Source: Takakia lepidozioides (taxonomy: Eukaryota; Plantae; Bryophyta). Taken from it: a stretch of 64,000 bases of DNA. The translations under genes were made by a program, and so were the position numbers. Positions 23,701 to 33,626 of this stretch are shown one piece after another (position 1 is the first letter of the stretch; each line of letters opens with the position of its first letter). The DNA is taken from positions 40,238,001-40,302,000 of the forward strand of contig CM060733.1 of NCBI GenBank assembly GCA_030704615.1, in the 5' to 3' direction. Below the pieces are notes generated by a model that saw only the letters and a program-made list of their open reading frames with translations, was not told the origin of the DNA and ran no database searches.

Positions 23701-26263
23701 TCCTACTGTCAGTGACTGTTGAATAGTGCCAAACTCTTCTCTCTCCTTTTTGAGCGGGTGTATGATCTAGATGGTACCAGCAGGTTCCTCTTCTGCCCTT
23801 CCCAGTCACTATCAATAAGTCGGATTCTAATGCAGGAACACTTGTGTGAAGAACCATATACTGTAGAGAAGATTGAAGAAATTCTGCAGGAGAGTCTGAC
23901 AAAAGTCATGGCCAAGTCACAGACCTCTCTTGCTGTACTGTCTGCTGCAAAGCACTTCAAACTCTTTCAGGTGGGTAATCACCATTATCAGTAGAATGTT
24001 CATTCTCTGTTTCACTCTGTTGAGGAGGTGATATGAAGACCAGTACCTAATTTCAACTTATGTTTGAGAGTAAACATCAATAGGGAGGTGGTTGGAGATG
24101 GCATAGCTTTGGGAGTCCAACATGAACATTGCCTTCCAACTGGGAGAGGGGTGGCTTTACAGAGAGTTCAGCATCTTTGTGTTTATGTATCACCTATGAG
24201 TGCACTCTCTCTTACTTGTGACTTAGTCTTTGAACATTACTCACTGTACGGACTATTCCTCTGACCTGAAATTCCAGAGAGCAAAACATGTTTACTCTGA
24301 AGCTAAGCGCGTTCACTTGTTCCGGGGAGCCTGCCAGTCAACCAGGTTAATTCTTCCCTCACTTTCTCCTTCCGTGGAGTGAATGATAGTCAGGTTGAAT
24401 TTCAAGCAAAACAAATTTCACAGTTCGGCCAGTAAATGATACCTGCGGCAGGCCTGTGATGTTGATATTAGGAAAGTTGGCTACGCTCATGCCCCCCTGT
24501 GAAATCCACTGGGTCTTCTAGTAGAAAGAGGAAATCTCTTATCCTTGTGATTGTTTTTGTTTGAGCAGAAAAGTTGTTGTTTGTACTCCCAAAGAGACTA
24601 GAGGTGTTTGGGCATATGTGGATTTGCAGGGAAGAAGTACTACAAAAACTTGGGGACCTAATGAATGAGAGTCATGCCAGTTGCAGCATTTTGTATGAGT
24701 GCAGGTCTGTTCTCTGTCTCCTCTGTTTTTGTGGAGGTTCTAAAGGTCTTCCCTTCCTTTCTTGCTGTCTCTCAGATATGTCTTTTCAGGGGCTGCTCAT
24801 CGTTGCTTGTCTGAAGACACAAAATGCTTGGCAGTTTACCTTCACAAAGCGCTCTGGCCTGGTGTTCTAGTGCTATTGTTGATCCGTTCCTTTCTTGGCC
24901 CATAGCCTAGGGCGATGGTCTACTTAATTGGTTCATTTTGTCGAATTGCATAAATTTCTTTCTTTCTTCCTTCATTTCATCTATGACATTGGCCCTCTGG
25001 GCTTCCTGTACTCATATTGTATGTCGGATTTCAGTTGTGATGAACTGGAGGAGCTGGTGGGATTCTGCCGCGGCAATGGAGCTCTGGGAGCACGTTTGAC
25101 CGGGGCAGGCTGGGGTGGCTGTACTGTGGCCCTTGTCAGGGAGAGTGCTGTGGATGCTTTTATCTCCTCTTTAAAGGTCAGTACCATGACACTAATGGGC
25201 TTTCACACTGTGTGTGTAGTAGCTTTGGCAGCACTAGTGGGTACTCATAACTATTACATTGTTAAACAATACATCAAGGGAAGGATGTTAGTGGTGTAAA
25301 GTAACATCTGTGCAAACACACATTTATGAGATTTAGAGCAGGTTAGCAGTTGTTGTATGTAATCTACATATAATTGGTATGCCATGTGTGCTATCTCTCT
25401 TCGGCTTCTCCTATTTCTTGTACATGCTTTATTTTCACTGTTTTTAGTGACTTTCAAAAAATTTCTCCTTGTTTTCATGGTCTTTTACTAGAGGTCAGAC
25501 CCATTGTGGGAACTGATGAGGTCAACAAGTCCTTGAATTTTATGAGATGTACTCAAGTGATTAACTCTCTAAAAATGCAAGCCTGCAGTCATGTTCGTTG
25601 ACATCTTGGTTGTCTTTGTTTCTGTTGTTGCATGTTCTCTGAGAGTTTCTTTTTGTTATAGTTGTGATGTACATTATTGCCAGAGCTTCTACTCCTTTCC
25701 TCGCATATGGTTTGAAGTTTACTCTCTGCACTTGTATGTATATAATTTACAGTATGATTATTGGTCATGTGCATATAGACTGTAGTAGGGTTAGTATATG
25801 CTGTATGGAATGCAGGAGAGTCACACCCAAGTGACCAACCAAATGCAGAACTGTTGTAACAAGTATTTTCTTGTATCCATCTAGAGTGCTGGTTCCCATG
25901 TGTTGAGCTATCAGTTCTGTTCTGATTGACAAAGTCGTGTGAGACAGACATTGTGCACCTTGTTTATTTGCTTACAGTCCATATTTGACCATGCTACAAA
26001 GGCTAAAATATATTTTTTTGGCCAATTAGTATGGATGGCTCTTTAGGGCCCACCTTTTTTCCTTCGGTCCTTCGGATGGTGTCAAGCTTCTCTCTCTCTC
26101 TCTCTCTCTCTCATAGCCATTGTAAAATGATATGCTGGCGATTTGTGTGCAGGAGCAGTACTACTATCCGCGTGTTAAGAAGGGGTCTATTAGAGGGGAG
26201 GACTTGGATCTCTACGTCTTTGCCTCTAAACCATCTGGCGGGGCTGCTATCTTGAAGTTGTAA
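17787..26263 (+). CDS. GALK: Galactokinase (GHMP kinase), 13 coding exon positions with an alternative exon 5
   Basis: Exons 17787-17949, 19201-19388, 19799-19845, 20487-20581, 21717-21799 or 21847-21929, 22446-22514, 22685-22870, 23316-23450, 23836-23970, 24278-24345, 24630-24704, 25035-25176, 26153-26263; motifs [40 protein letters not shown]; all GT-AG. Confidence 0.95.
20973..21575 (+). mobile_element. 5'-truncated non-LTR retrotransposon (RTE-X/CR1-like 3' end) in GALK intron 4
   Basis: ORF 21105-21470 [15 protein letters not shown]...RLCPAC...[13 protein letters not shown]; ends ATAAAGTAC(CATTT)n; same tail at ~22908-22953. Confidence 0.8.
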
Positions 26264-27056
26264 ATACATATGGCCCTCTGTCAAGTTGAATTGTTTCCAA
26301 ATTACGCCCACATTTAATGTGAGTGGCAGATTCAAGCCACGCGCATAGATCATCCATGTCCTCCACCACTTCGCTAGTTGAAACATACGGTAGAGATGCC
26401 TAATTTGGCATGATGTCCTTTATTTTCTGCTCTCCATGTCACTAGTTTTTGCTGGGTTTTGGGAGCCCAGATGTGAAGATTTATTTGGAGCAATGGATTC
26501 CTGAACTCTGTGCTGTGGAAACTCTATGGCAAGGTCATTTTAATCCTCACTCTTCCACTTTTTGTGAGAATCAGTGGGATCTAAGCTCCACCAAACTACA
26601 TGATGGAACCAGAAACTAAACATCATGTAAAATAAGCTCATCGACTGTCAATGCAGTGCTTCCACAAGGGAGCTATAAAGCTAGTAAGGGGTCTCGCAGT
26701 CCAAGGATGTCAATGCTAATATTTTAGCCAGCTATTCCATGATCCCTAGTACTACCCATGATCTGCGGATGGAACCTCAGGATAGCAACTCCTGCACTTA
26801 TCAGTGGGCATCACCAACTGTGCAATCCATAGAACTTATGCAATCCAACGCCTGTGCTTTGTAAGAAATAGAAATGTGAGTGACCAAAAATAGTCTCTGT
26901 TAGCAAACATTGTGTATTGTATGTGGAAGATGGCTGTGGTGGATTTCTTGCACAGTGTAGACCGAAGGGGAAGGGGAAGAGTAGGAGAGGTCTGTTGCAT
27001 GCCGTTAACTTCAACTGCAGGCAGATCCTGTGACCCCTTGGAAAGTTTAAGGGGTC

Positions 27057-28289
27057 TCATACATGAGCATCCAAAGAAGGAACAAAGGGAAAAGCAGCTA
27101 TATCGACATCAGAGTTCTTTCCAATCGCGAATGGACAGTCAGGCACGCGGTGCCATGACCCTTCGGACAAGTCCAACAATGCCATGTCTCCAATTTGGCT
27201 GATCAAGCATATGCGATGGCCATGGACAACCACCCCGTCTGTCCGGAGGCCCTGCTTGAAGCTTTCAAAGGGAGTTGGGTTTTCAAAAGGCATGAATGCT
27301 ACCTCGAGCCACGTAATACTCATGAGGTGCAACTCAAAGATGTGTATGAGAGTGACACCTAGTTGCAATTTCTCAGCCACCAGCATCACATGGCCCCTAC
27401 ATTCTACTAGAGACGCCGAGAGGCTTCCAGGCTGCAGGGAGTTAGAAGACCTTGCCTCACCAAACCCCGTGGGAAGGGCAATAAGAATGGCACTCCACAC
27501 TGCCAGTTGCACATCATATGCTATCACACCGCTTAGCTTAGATCCAACCCCTTCATCGACCACGCAGTACAAGAAGCCATTGCAGAAAGCAGCAGTGCAA
27601 CCCCTTATGCACGTCACCCCTGGAGGTAGATTCTTGGAAGTGACAACCCATTTTTTTGAAACAGAATCGAAGACCTCTGTCGTCCCGGACCCCGAGACGA
27701 CAACAATTTTATATGCCTGTGTGTCGGAATCCAAGAGCATGTGTATCATACACTGCGCCAAGGCCAGGTGACTTGCGGATCGAGGCAAGCTTTTCCAACG
27801 TCTCGTGATGGGATTGCAAATTACAAGCAACTCAAAGCAATTTCGCAGACACAAGAGCCCCCTTGCTCCTGCTACGTAGGTCACTTTATATGGAACAAAA
27901 TCGATCGGGGCCAAGCTCTGCCAACTGTTCAACACAAAATCAAACGCGCAGCACTGTCGACCATAGCCTGTGGAGACAACCATGGGGAAGTAAACGCGTG
28001 CAGCCATGGATGCAATGCTAGCTCGGACCTTTAGAAACCTGGGGGAGGCGATAATGGATCGCCATTTTTTGCACACACACCGGGCCCGGAAAAGACTAGG
28101 GAGGGGCAAATAGGCCAATACTCTCTCTAGTGCTTCTTCTGGCACCAGGTCTTTTTGTGGGATTGATGCAGATGCCCCCTTCGTTGGACCACTTTTTGAC
28201 ATCCAGCGGGTCATCATCCCTGTGCTGTTCTTGCTGCTGTCATGGCTTCCCCTCACAAATTTCCTCCAAAAATTCCTGGTGGATTCCAT
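27057..28289 (-). CDS. F-box/kelch-type protein, single coding exon
   Basis: 410-aa ORF; F-box VPEEALERVLAYLPLPSLFRARCVCKKW, then GLLCL, VICNPITRRWKSLP, EVFDS..KKW, VIAYD typical of plant F-box-associated repeats. Confidence 0.9.
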   Translation of the reverse strand: MESTRNFWRKFVRGSHDSSKNSTGMMTRWMSKSGPTKGASASIPQKDLVPEEALERVLAYLPLPSLFRARCVCKKWRSIIASPRFLKVRASIASMAARVYFPMVVSTGYGRQCCAFDFVLNSWQSLAPIDFVPYKVTYVAGARGLLCLRNCFELLVICNPITRRWKSLPRSASHLALAQCMIHMLLDSDTQAYKIVVVSGSGTTEVFDSVSKKWVVTSKNLPPGVTCIRGCTAAFCNGFLYCVVDEGVGSKLSGVIAYDVQLAVWSAILIALPTGFGEARSSNSLQPGSLSASLVECRGHVMLVAEKLQLGVTLIHIFELHLMSITWLEVAFMPFENPTPFESFKQGLRTDGVVVHGHRICLISQIGDMALLDLSEGSWHRVPDCPFAIGKNSDVDIAAFPFVPSLDAHV

Positions 28290-30658
28290 GTGTCGGACTT
28301 CCAGATCAATCTGACAGCCACAATCTGAGCGTCAAATGTGTTTTACTCCACTTTCATGCAAGAGCTTGTCTCACTCTTCAGCCCTAGCTTTCGTCAATTC
28401 ACTCTGTGAATAGTTGTGCTTCTTCAATACAAAGACAAGGAATGAGTATTCGTCTTTCTTCTCTATCCAACAATTGAGTGGGTGTTAAGGTCACGAAGTC
28501 ATTAGTGAAGTGTAACGACGAGTGAACCCGGTCCGAGCTCCTCTTCTCACATACTCTCCTCTTCTTCATAATATTTTTATCAAAACTTTCCAAGCTCCTC
28601 TTACACCCCTTTGCTAAAATTTCTTGGGAAGATTTGGTCAAGTGCTCACTCGGTTGCTTCTCTTTTCTATAGGTTTCTTGCAAACCTTGCTCCACCTGCA
28701 GCATACACTTTCTGTTCCTTCTCTCGAAATCTCACTCTCACGCACAAGAGTCTGCCTTTTAGTTTTCTTTACTTTTCTTTGTCCATCTCCCGGTCTTACA
28801 TGCGCAAGCCTAAGCTATTCTTGTGCACATAGACGTTTCTCTTTCTTTCTTCTCAATCGTTCTCCTCCGACCCATTCACATCCATAGTACAACCCATTCT
28901 GAATCTCAGGCGTCCTCCTGCCATGCTTCTCCGATCCAAATCATAAACCATTCGGTGTCTCGCATTCTTGGACCCACAAGATTACTGGTCTTCCTCATTC
29001 CTTGTTCCTCTTCCCGTCTCCGCCTCGCATCCTGCAGGCCAAACGGTAAATAACTAACTATCACCCCCGGAATTCACAAGTATTGAACGAACGAAACATT
29101 CAGCTCGTTCTCCAGTCACCGATTTCGTCCGACCTGATCTAAAATATGAAAACGGAACTGATGAATGACAGGTTGATGTGCAGGAACAAAGAATGTCATC
29201 CAGAACCAAGCGTGTATCCACCCTCCCAATGCTTCATCAAACCCTCCAAGAAACATAAAGCTTACAACGAGACCTGGAATTTGACAGGTTCAAATGCATT
29301 TCAGCCAAAGCCAAAATTCTCTTGAAAATCTGGTTAAGCCCATATCAAATCATACAGGAAAATTAGAAGGACTGGGACAGCCAGTTGGCTGCACTTATTG
29401 CCTGCAATCCCATCATTGCTTTCAAGTCTTTATCCAGATTTGAGCCCACAATCACCTGGGTAGCATCTAACCAAGGTTTTTATTTATTTTTTTGGTTTTT
29501 TAAATTAATTTTTAAACCAGTTTTTAAACCAAGTTTTCTCGAAATTTAAGGATTATATACTTTTTTTTATTTTTTTTATTTTTTAAAGAAGGGGACAAAA
29601 GTCCGTTTAAATTTCTATTGGAAACTTACAGGTCCACTGTCCACTCCCTTCCTCTAAAAACGAAACAAAAAAGAATAATAACTCACAGATAAGGCCCTTA
29701 AACTTAAAGGTCCCTAACAAGGCCTCTGAGATCGGATACAGGGCGGTATCCCCTTCATACGCTATGAAGCTTATTTATAAACGGGTTATTTTTTCCCGTT
29801 CCATTTTTTAATTTGAGTAAAAGGGGCCCTTAAAACTTTATGAAAGCAAGGAAAAGATAACCTTGCGAAAGCCATGAAGGCTGATGAGGGAGACACTGCT
29901 CCTTGACAAATATATGTTGAAAGGTTGAAACCCATTATGTAATATTTAGGAGATGATTTTATGGTCAATAACAGTATTTTTAAAGCAGTATTAATATACT
30001 AATCTATCTGATTAATGAAGTAATTCTTTCTTTTTAAACACACATTCTCAACGAAACAACCAGCCAAGTTGATCCGAACTAGTATTATTCTAATTATATG
30101 ACTAAAAATGTTAGGCCCAATTCCAAAGGGGAAGTAGCTACTTATGGACTCGGCACCTTCTCTCTCTATACTACTAATGAATGCTCCCTTCCTTTTTATG
30201 TCATCCTAGAGTCAAGTAGCCATAGGGTGATGTGGCTCTTAGTTACACACACGCCCCTTTCTTTCTCTATTATTAAGGACCGTCACTTGAACCAGCCAAG
30301 TTGATCCAAAGTAATTTAATAATATCATGATAATAGTTATATTATGAGTAATATAACAAGGTGTGACATACACTTACTAAGCCTTGCTATTTACATAGAT
30401 AAAACAATGAATTTTATAATATATATATATATATATATTACATCTTACTGGTTTAAGCAATAAGATTGTAAGATCGTGAATGTGGGATATTTGTCATTTA
30501 TAATGATTTTTCTATAACTCTATGTCAATTTCAATATACGGGAAAAACATTTTCTGTGAAAAGGATTGGAGAAAGGATAATTTGATTCTCTTGGTAAACA
30601 ATGTGCATAATTGTTTTAATGGTCAAAAAGCGATAGCTATAATCATTGTTGGAACGAA

Positions 30659-30976
30659 CTAATCTTTTGCTGGATGAATAAAATGACTGACATGATTGGG
30701 AAGTTTTAAATCAAGATAAACTGGTTTGTGATCAACCCAATATGCTTCAGTTGTACCGGATTTGCACGGCTGGAGTGGGACATTTATCCATATATGGTCA
30801 AGTTGAGAGTCATAGTCTGTAGTACTCTCCTTGCATGTTACTTGAAATTTACAAGTTTCCATGTAGTCTTGAAGCATGATAGATTGAGAAGTCTTTTGTA
30901 ACATATCAACATTGAATTGATCCTCAATGAATATGGTTGGGCAACAGTGCGGTTTTTTATTATACCTATTCTCCAC
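30659..30976 (-). pseudogene. AP-like (EEP) endonuclease C-terminus, Helentron-like
   Basis: FNVD...STT...LDHIWIN...SG...YWVDHKPVY matches the EEP GDFN / DH / SDH pattern. Confidence 0.6.
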
Positions 30977-32110
30977 ATGTAATAAAAATGTCTATAATGA
31001 TATTTTGGGAGGTTTATAAGTGCAATTACATTTAATGGTCTAAATTGAAAGTTGCGGAAATGAATTCGGCACCGTCATATACGTGTGATTCATGCTCTAA
31101 GAGAATAGTTTGAGTGTCGTATAAAATGGCTGAGTGTCGTGACCATGATCACATGCTATAAAAGAAAAAATTGGTGTGCCAATCGATAAAAGTGTTCCAT
31201 ATTAAATTAGATGACGATAGTTGTGTTTCATTCAAGCATAAGATTATATGTAAAGCTTGAAGATGTCAATCAGATATAATATCATAGACAGGCAACTATA
31301 CAATTCGACTGTTGCTTACCTGGTCCTGGTAAGGTCTAACAAGTTCGCCTTGAAGTAAACCTGTCATCAATTGTTCTTCAAGGGCTTTGTCAAGTTAAAT
31401 AAGCACAGTGTGAAAACAGCTAGAATAAAACTAGTTATTTGTATTTAACACTTGGATTTAGGTCAAGTGTTAAATCAGGTGTCAAGTTTAGTTTGACACC
31501 TGGTCCGTCTTATCTTCACGAGAACGGCAGTCGCGCGGCTCATCTCTCTCGAGTTGAGCCTGTGCGACCAAGCTCCTGCATGCGGTTAGATTTGAGTGTG
31601 CTTATGTAGGGGTACAGGTTGTTGTGGGGTGGAGTCCCCATAGCTTGGGGTGCCCCTGGCTCGACTACTATTTCTAAGAGTGATGGTTTGGTTTTCATGT
31701 TTGTGTAAACAGTGTGTTCGTTGGTTTTCTATCACTCGAGAGAGATGATCTCTTACCTGTGAGTGCAAGGTAGGAGTTGAGGGTTAGCACTTGCAAGATT
31801 ACCTGTGTGAAAGTAGTGCTTAGTTTGAGAAGCATATCATTGAATGTGATCACAAGATTCAGCGTGCCCTGAAACGCCTGGAGGATGACGATGCCAGAGC
31901 CGCCACTGTTATTGCAGTCGCTAAAGCTACCAAGTCACCAGAGGCTTTGGAGTACACGAGGAGAGACTTAAAAATGTAGCAGCAAATGCTAGTTGGCACC
32001 TATGCGTGATCCTTGAAGCTGGATGATTGTTTCCCCAGTAAGCTTATAGAGAAGCTCTACCGTGCAGCATGGAGCAGCGCTGGCAAGCTGTGAACGCTGA
32101 TACCTGCACT

Positions 32111-32221
32111 CTTGCAGTCTTGGAGTCCAAACTAGGACACGAGGAATATGACCGGTCAACAACCAAGGTGCTGCATTTGATCAACAATCCTGAAGTGGAG
32201 GGAGCCCAGGCCACGGACTAG
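32111..32221 (+). pseudogene. Captured MAD1-like (spindle checkpoint) gene fragment
   Basis: Translates LAVLESKLGHEEYDRSTTKVLHLINNP, resembling the conserved MAD1 segment LGHGD(Y/F)...TKVL. Confidence 0.6.
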
Positions 32222-32974
32222 CTCGTCTCGTCTTACCCTGGGAGTGCAAAGGATGAATAGGTGAAGATTCTTTGGCAGATCAGAGCAGGGCGGAGCTCGT
32301 TGCATTGACTGGCTAGCCGTTATATGGTCGACAGTCGCTTAAGCTGCAGGGTTACGTTGCCGGGTGATCGATATTGTTTCCAGGTCTTCATTTGGTGGGC
32401 ATGCCGGGAGCGTGGAGGGGATGACATTGAGACGGCAACAGAGGCTCAGCTGTGGAGGCAGTTCACATTAGCAACGTGGCTTTACCGAATACAGCAGCTT
32501 TCTGGACAAGATGCTTGCGAGGTTGTAGGGGTCAGCTGCAAATGCTAAATGCCACTCTGTTCACTTGCAGGTAGCTTCTGCGACAATCTAGTACAAACAA
32601 CATGCACAATTGTAGCAGAAGGATGGTCAGACGAGTTCTCCAGGAAAGCTCTGAAATGCACAGGACCATTTCTGCTCCGTCTAATGGGTATGCTGTGTCT
32701 GTTGCAGCAAAGCTGTGACAAGCAAATTGTAGGCAGATCACCTTCACCTGCATGTGGTTTCATGTGCTCTTTAGAGACTTGTGTCTCTGTTCCTTATGAA
32801 AGGGCTGTTGCTATGGATTGCGACTGGTGATGCTCAGTTGAGTAAAGGAACGAAGTTCACTCCTCCGATGTTTTTGTGTGCAACCTAGTCTGTAATTGGT
32901 GCCAACCTGGCTTAGGGGGCAGCTGGCTTGTAGCTGAGGTGAAGAGCCGGTTGAATGCGGCCATTTGGGGCTCT

Positions 32975-33124
32975 ACCCACATTCTCCATACACTCAAAGG
33001 TCCCAGCAGTAACGGGCTCCACAATCAATGTGTCCTCGAGCTTTCCATCATCATCTTTTTGAAAGCAGTGAGCCAAGCCTAACACAATATAGTCATCGTC
33101 ATTCCAGTCCGGGTCTTCTCCCAC
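32975..33124 (-). pseudogene. Captured fragment of a putative conserved plastid/cyanobacteria-type hypothetical protein gene
   Basis: DDYIVLGLAHCFQKDDDGKLEDTLIVEPV is host-gene-like, not TE-like; recognised from memory only. Confidence 0.4.
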
Positions 33125-33186
33125 GGCAAAAGCCTTGGCAATCGCACAGGAAGGTTTTAGACTGTGCCTGGTAGGTTTAGAAAATC

Positions 33187-33626
33187 ACCGTGATACGTTG
33201 AGGTATGCTACCATACGTGGTGGGGGCTATCGTCCCGGGGTTCGGAGATTCAACCCTGGTGACTATGTCTATCTGCAGCAGACTGCTCCTACGACCCTGG
33301 ATGTGACTGCAGGACGTGTTATTTTGAGGGTTCGAGAGGTCTTGCCCTCAGGCGTCTTGGTCTTGGAGGGTCGGGATGGCATAACTTGGAAGGACCATGT
33401 GCGTAATTGTGCGCCATGTCACCTTCCGAATGTCGATGGCAGGATTGACCCAAACCTGGCAGTGGTATTTGCAGGTTTGAGGTGCATGTTGTGTGGGTCT
33501 GCTAAAGGGGCAGCCACCATGCTGGTGTGCGATCGATGCTCTAGAGGTTGGCATATGGGATGCTTGACTCCACCTCTTGAGATGGTTCCAGATGGGGATT
33601 GGTTATGTCCACATTGCATTGGATAG
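33187..33626 (+). pseudogene. Integrase C-terminus plus PHD finger retained in copy 3
   Basis: Open frame near-identical in protein to 7436-7874 (HRDTLRYATIRGGGY...WLCPHCIG). Confidence 0.9.

Noticed and set aside
27184-27771. 195-aa ORF antisense to the F-box gene, and similar antisense ORFs over VIR3, MVK and pol
   Set aside because: Shadow frames of real coding sequence with no independent motifs
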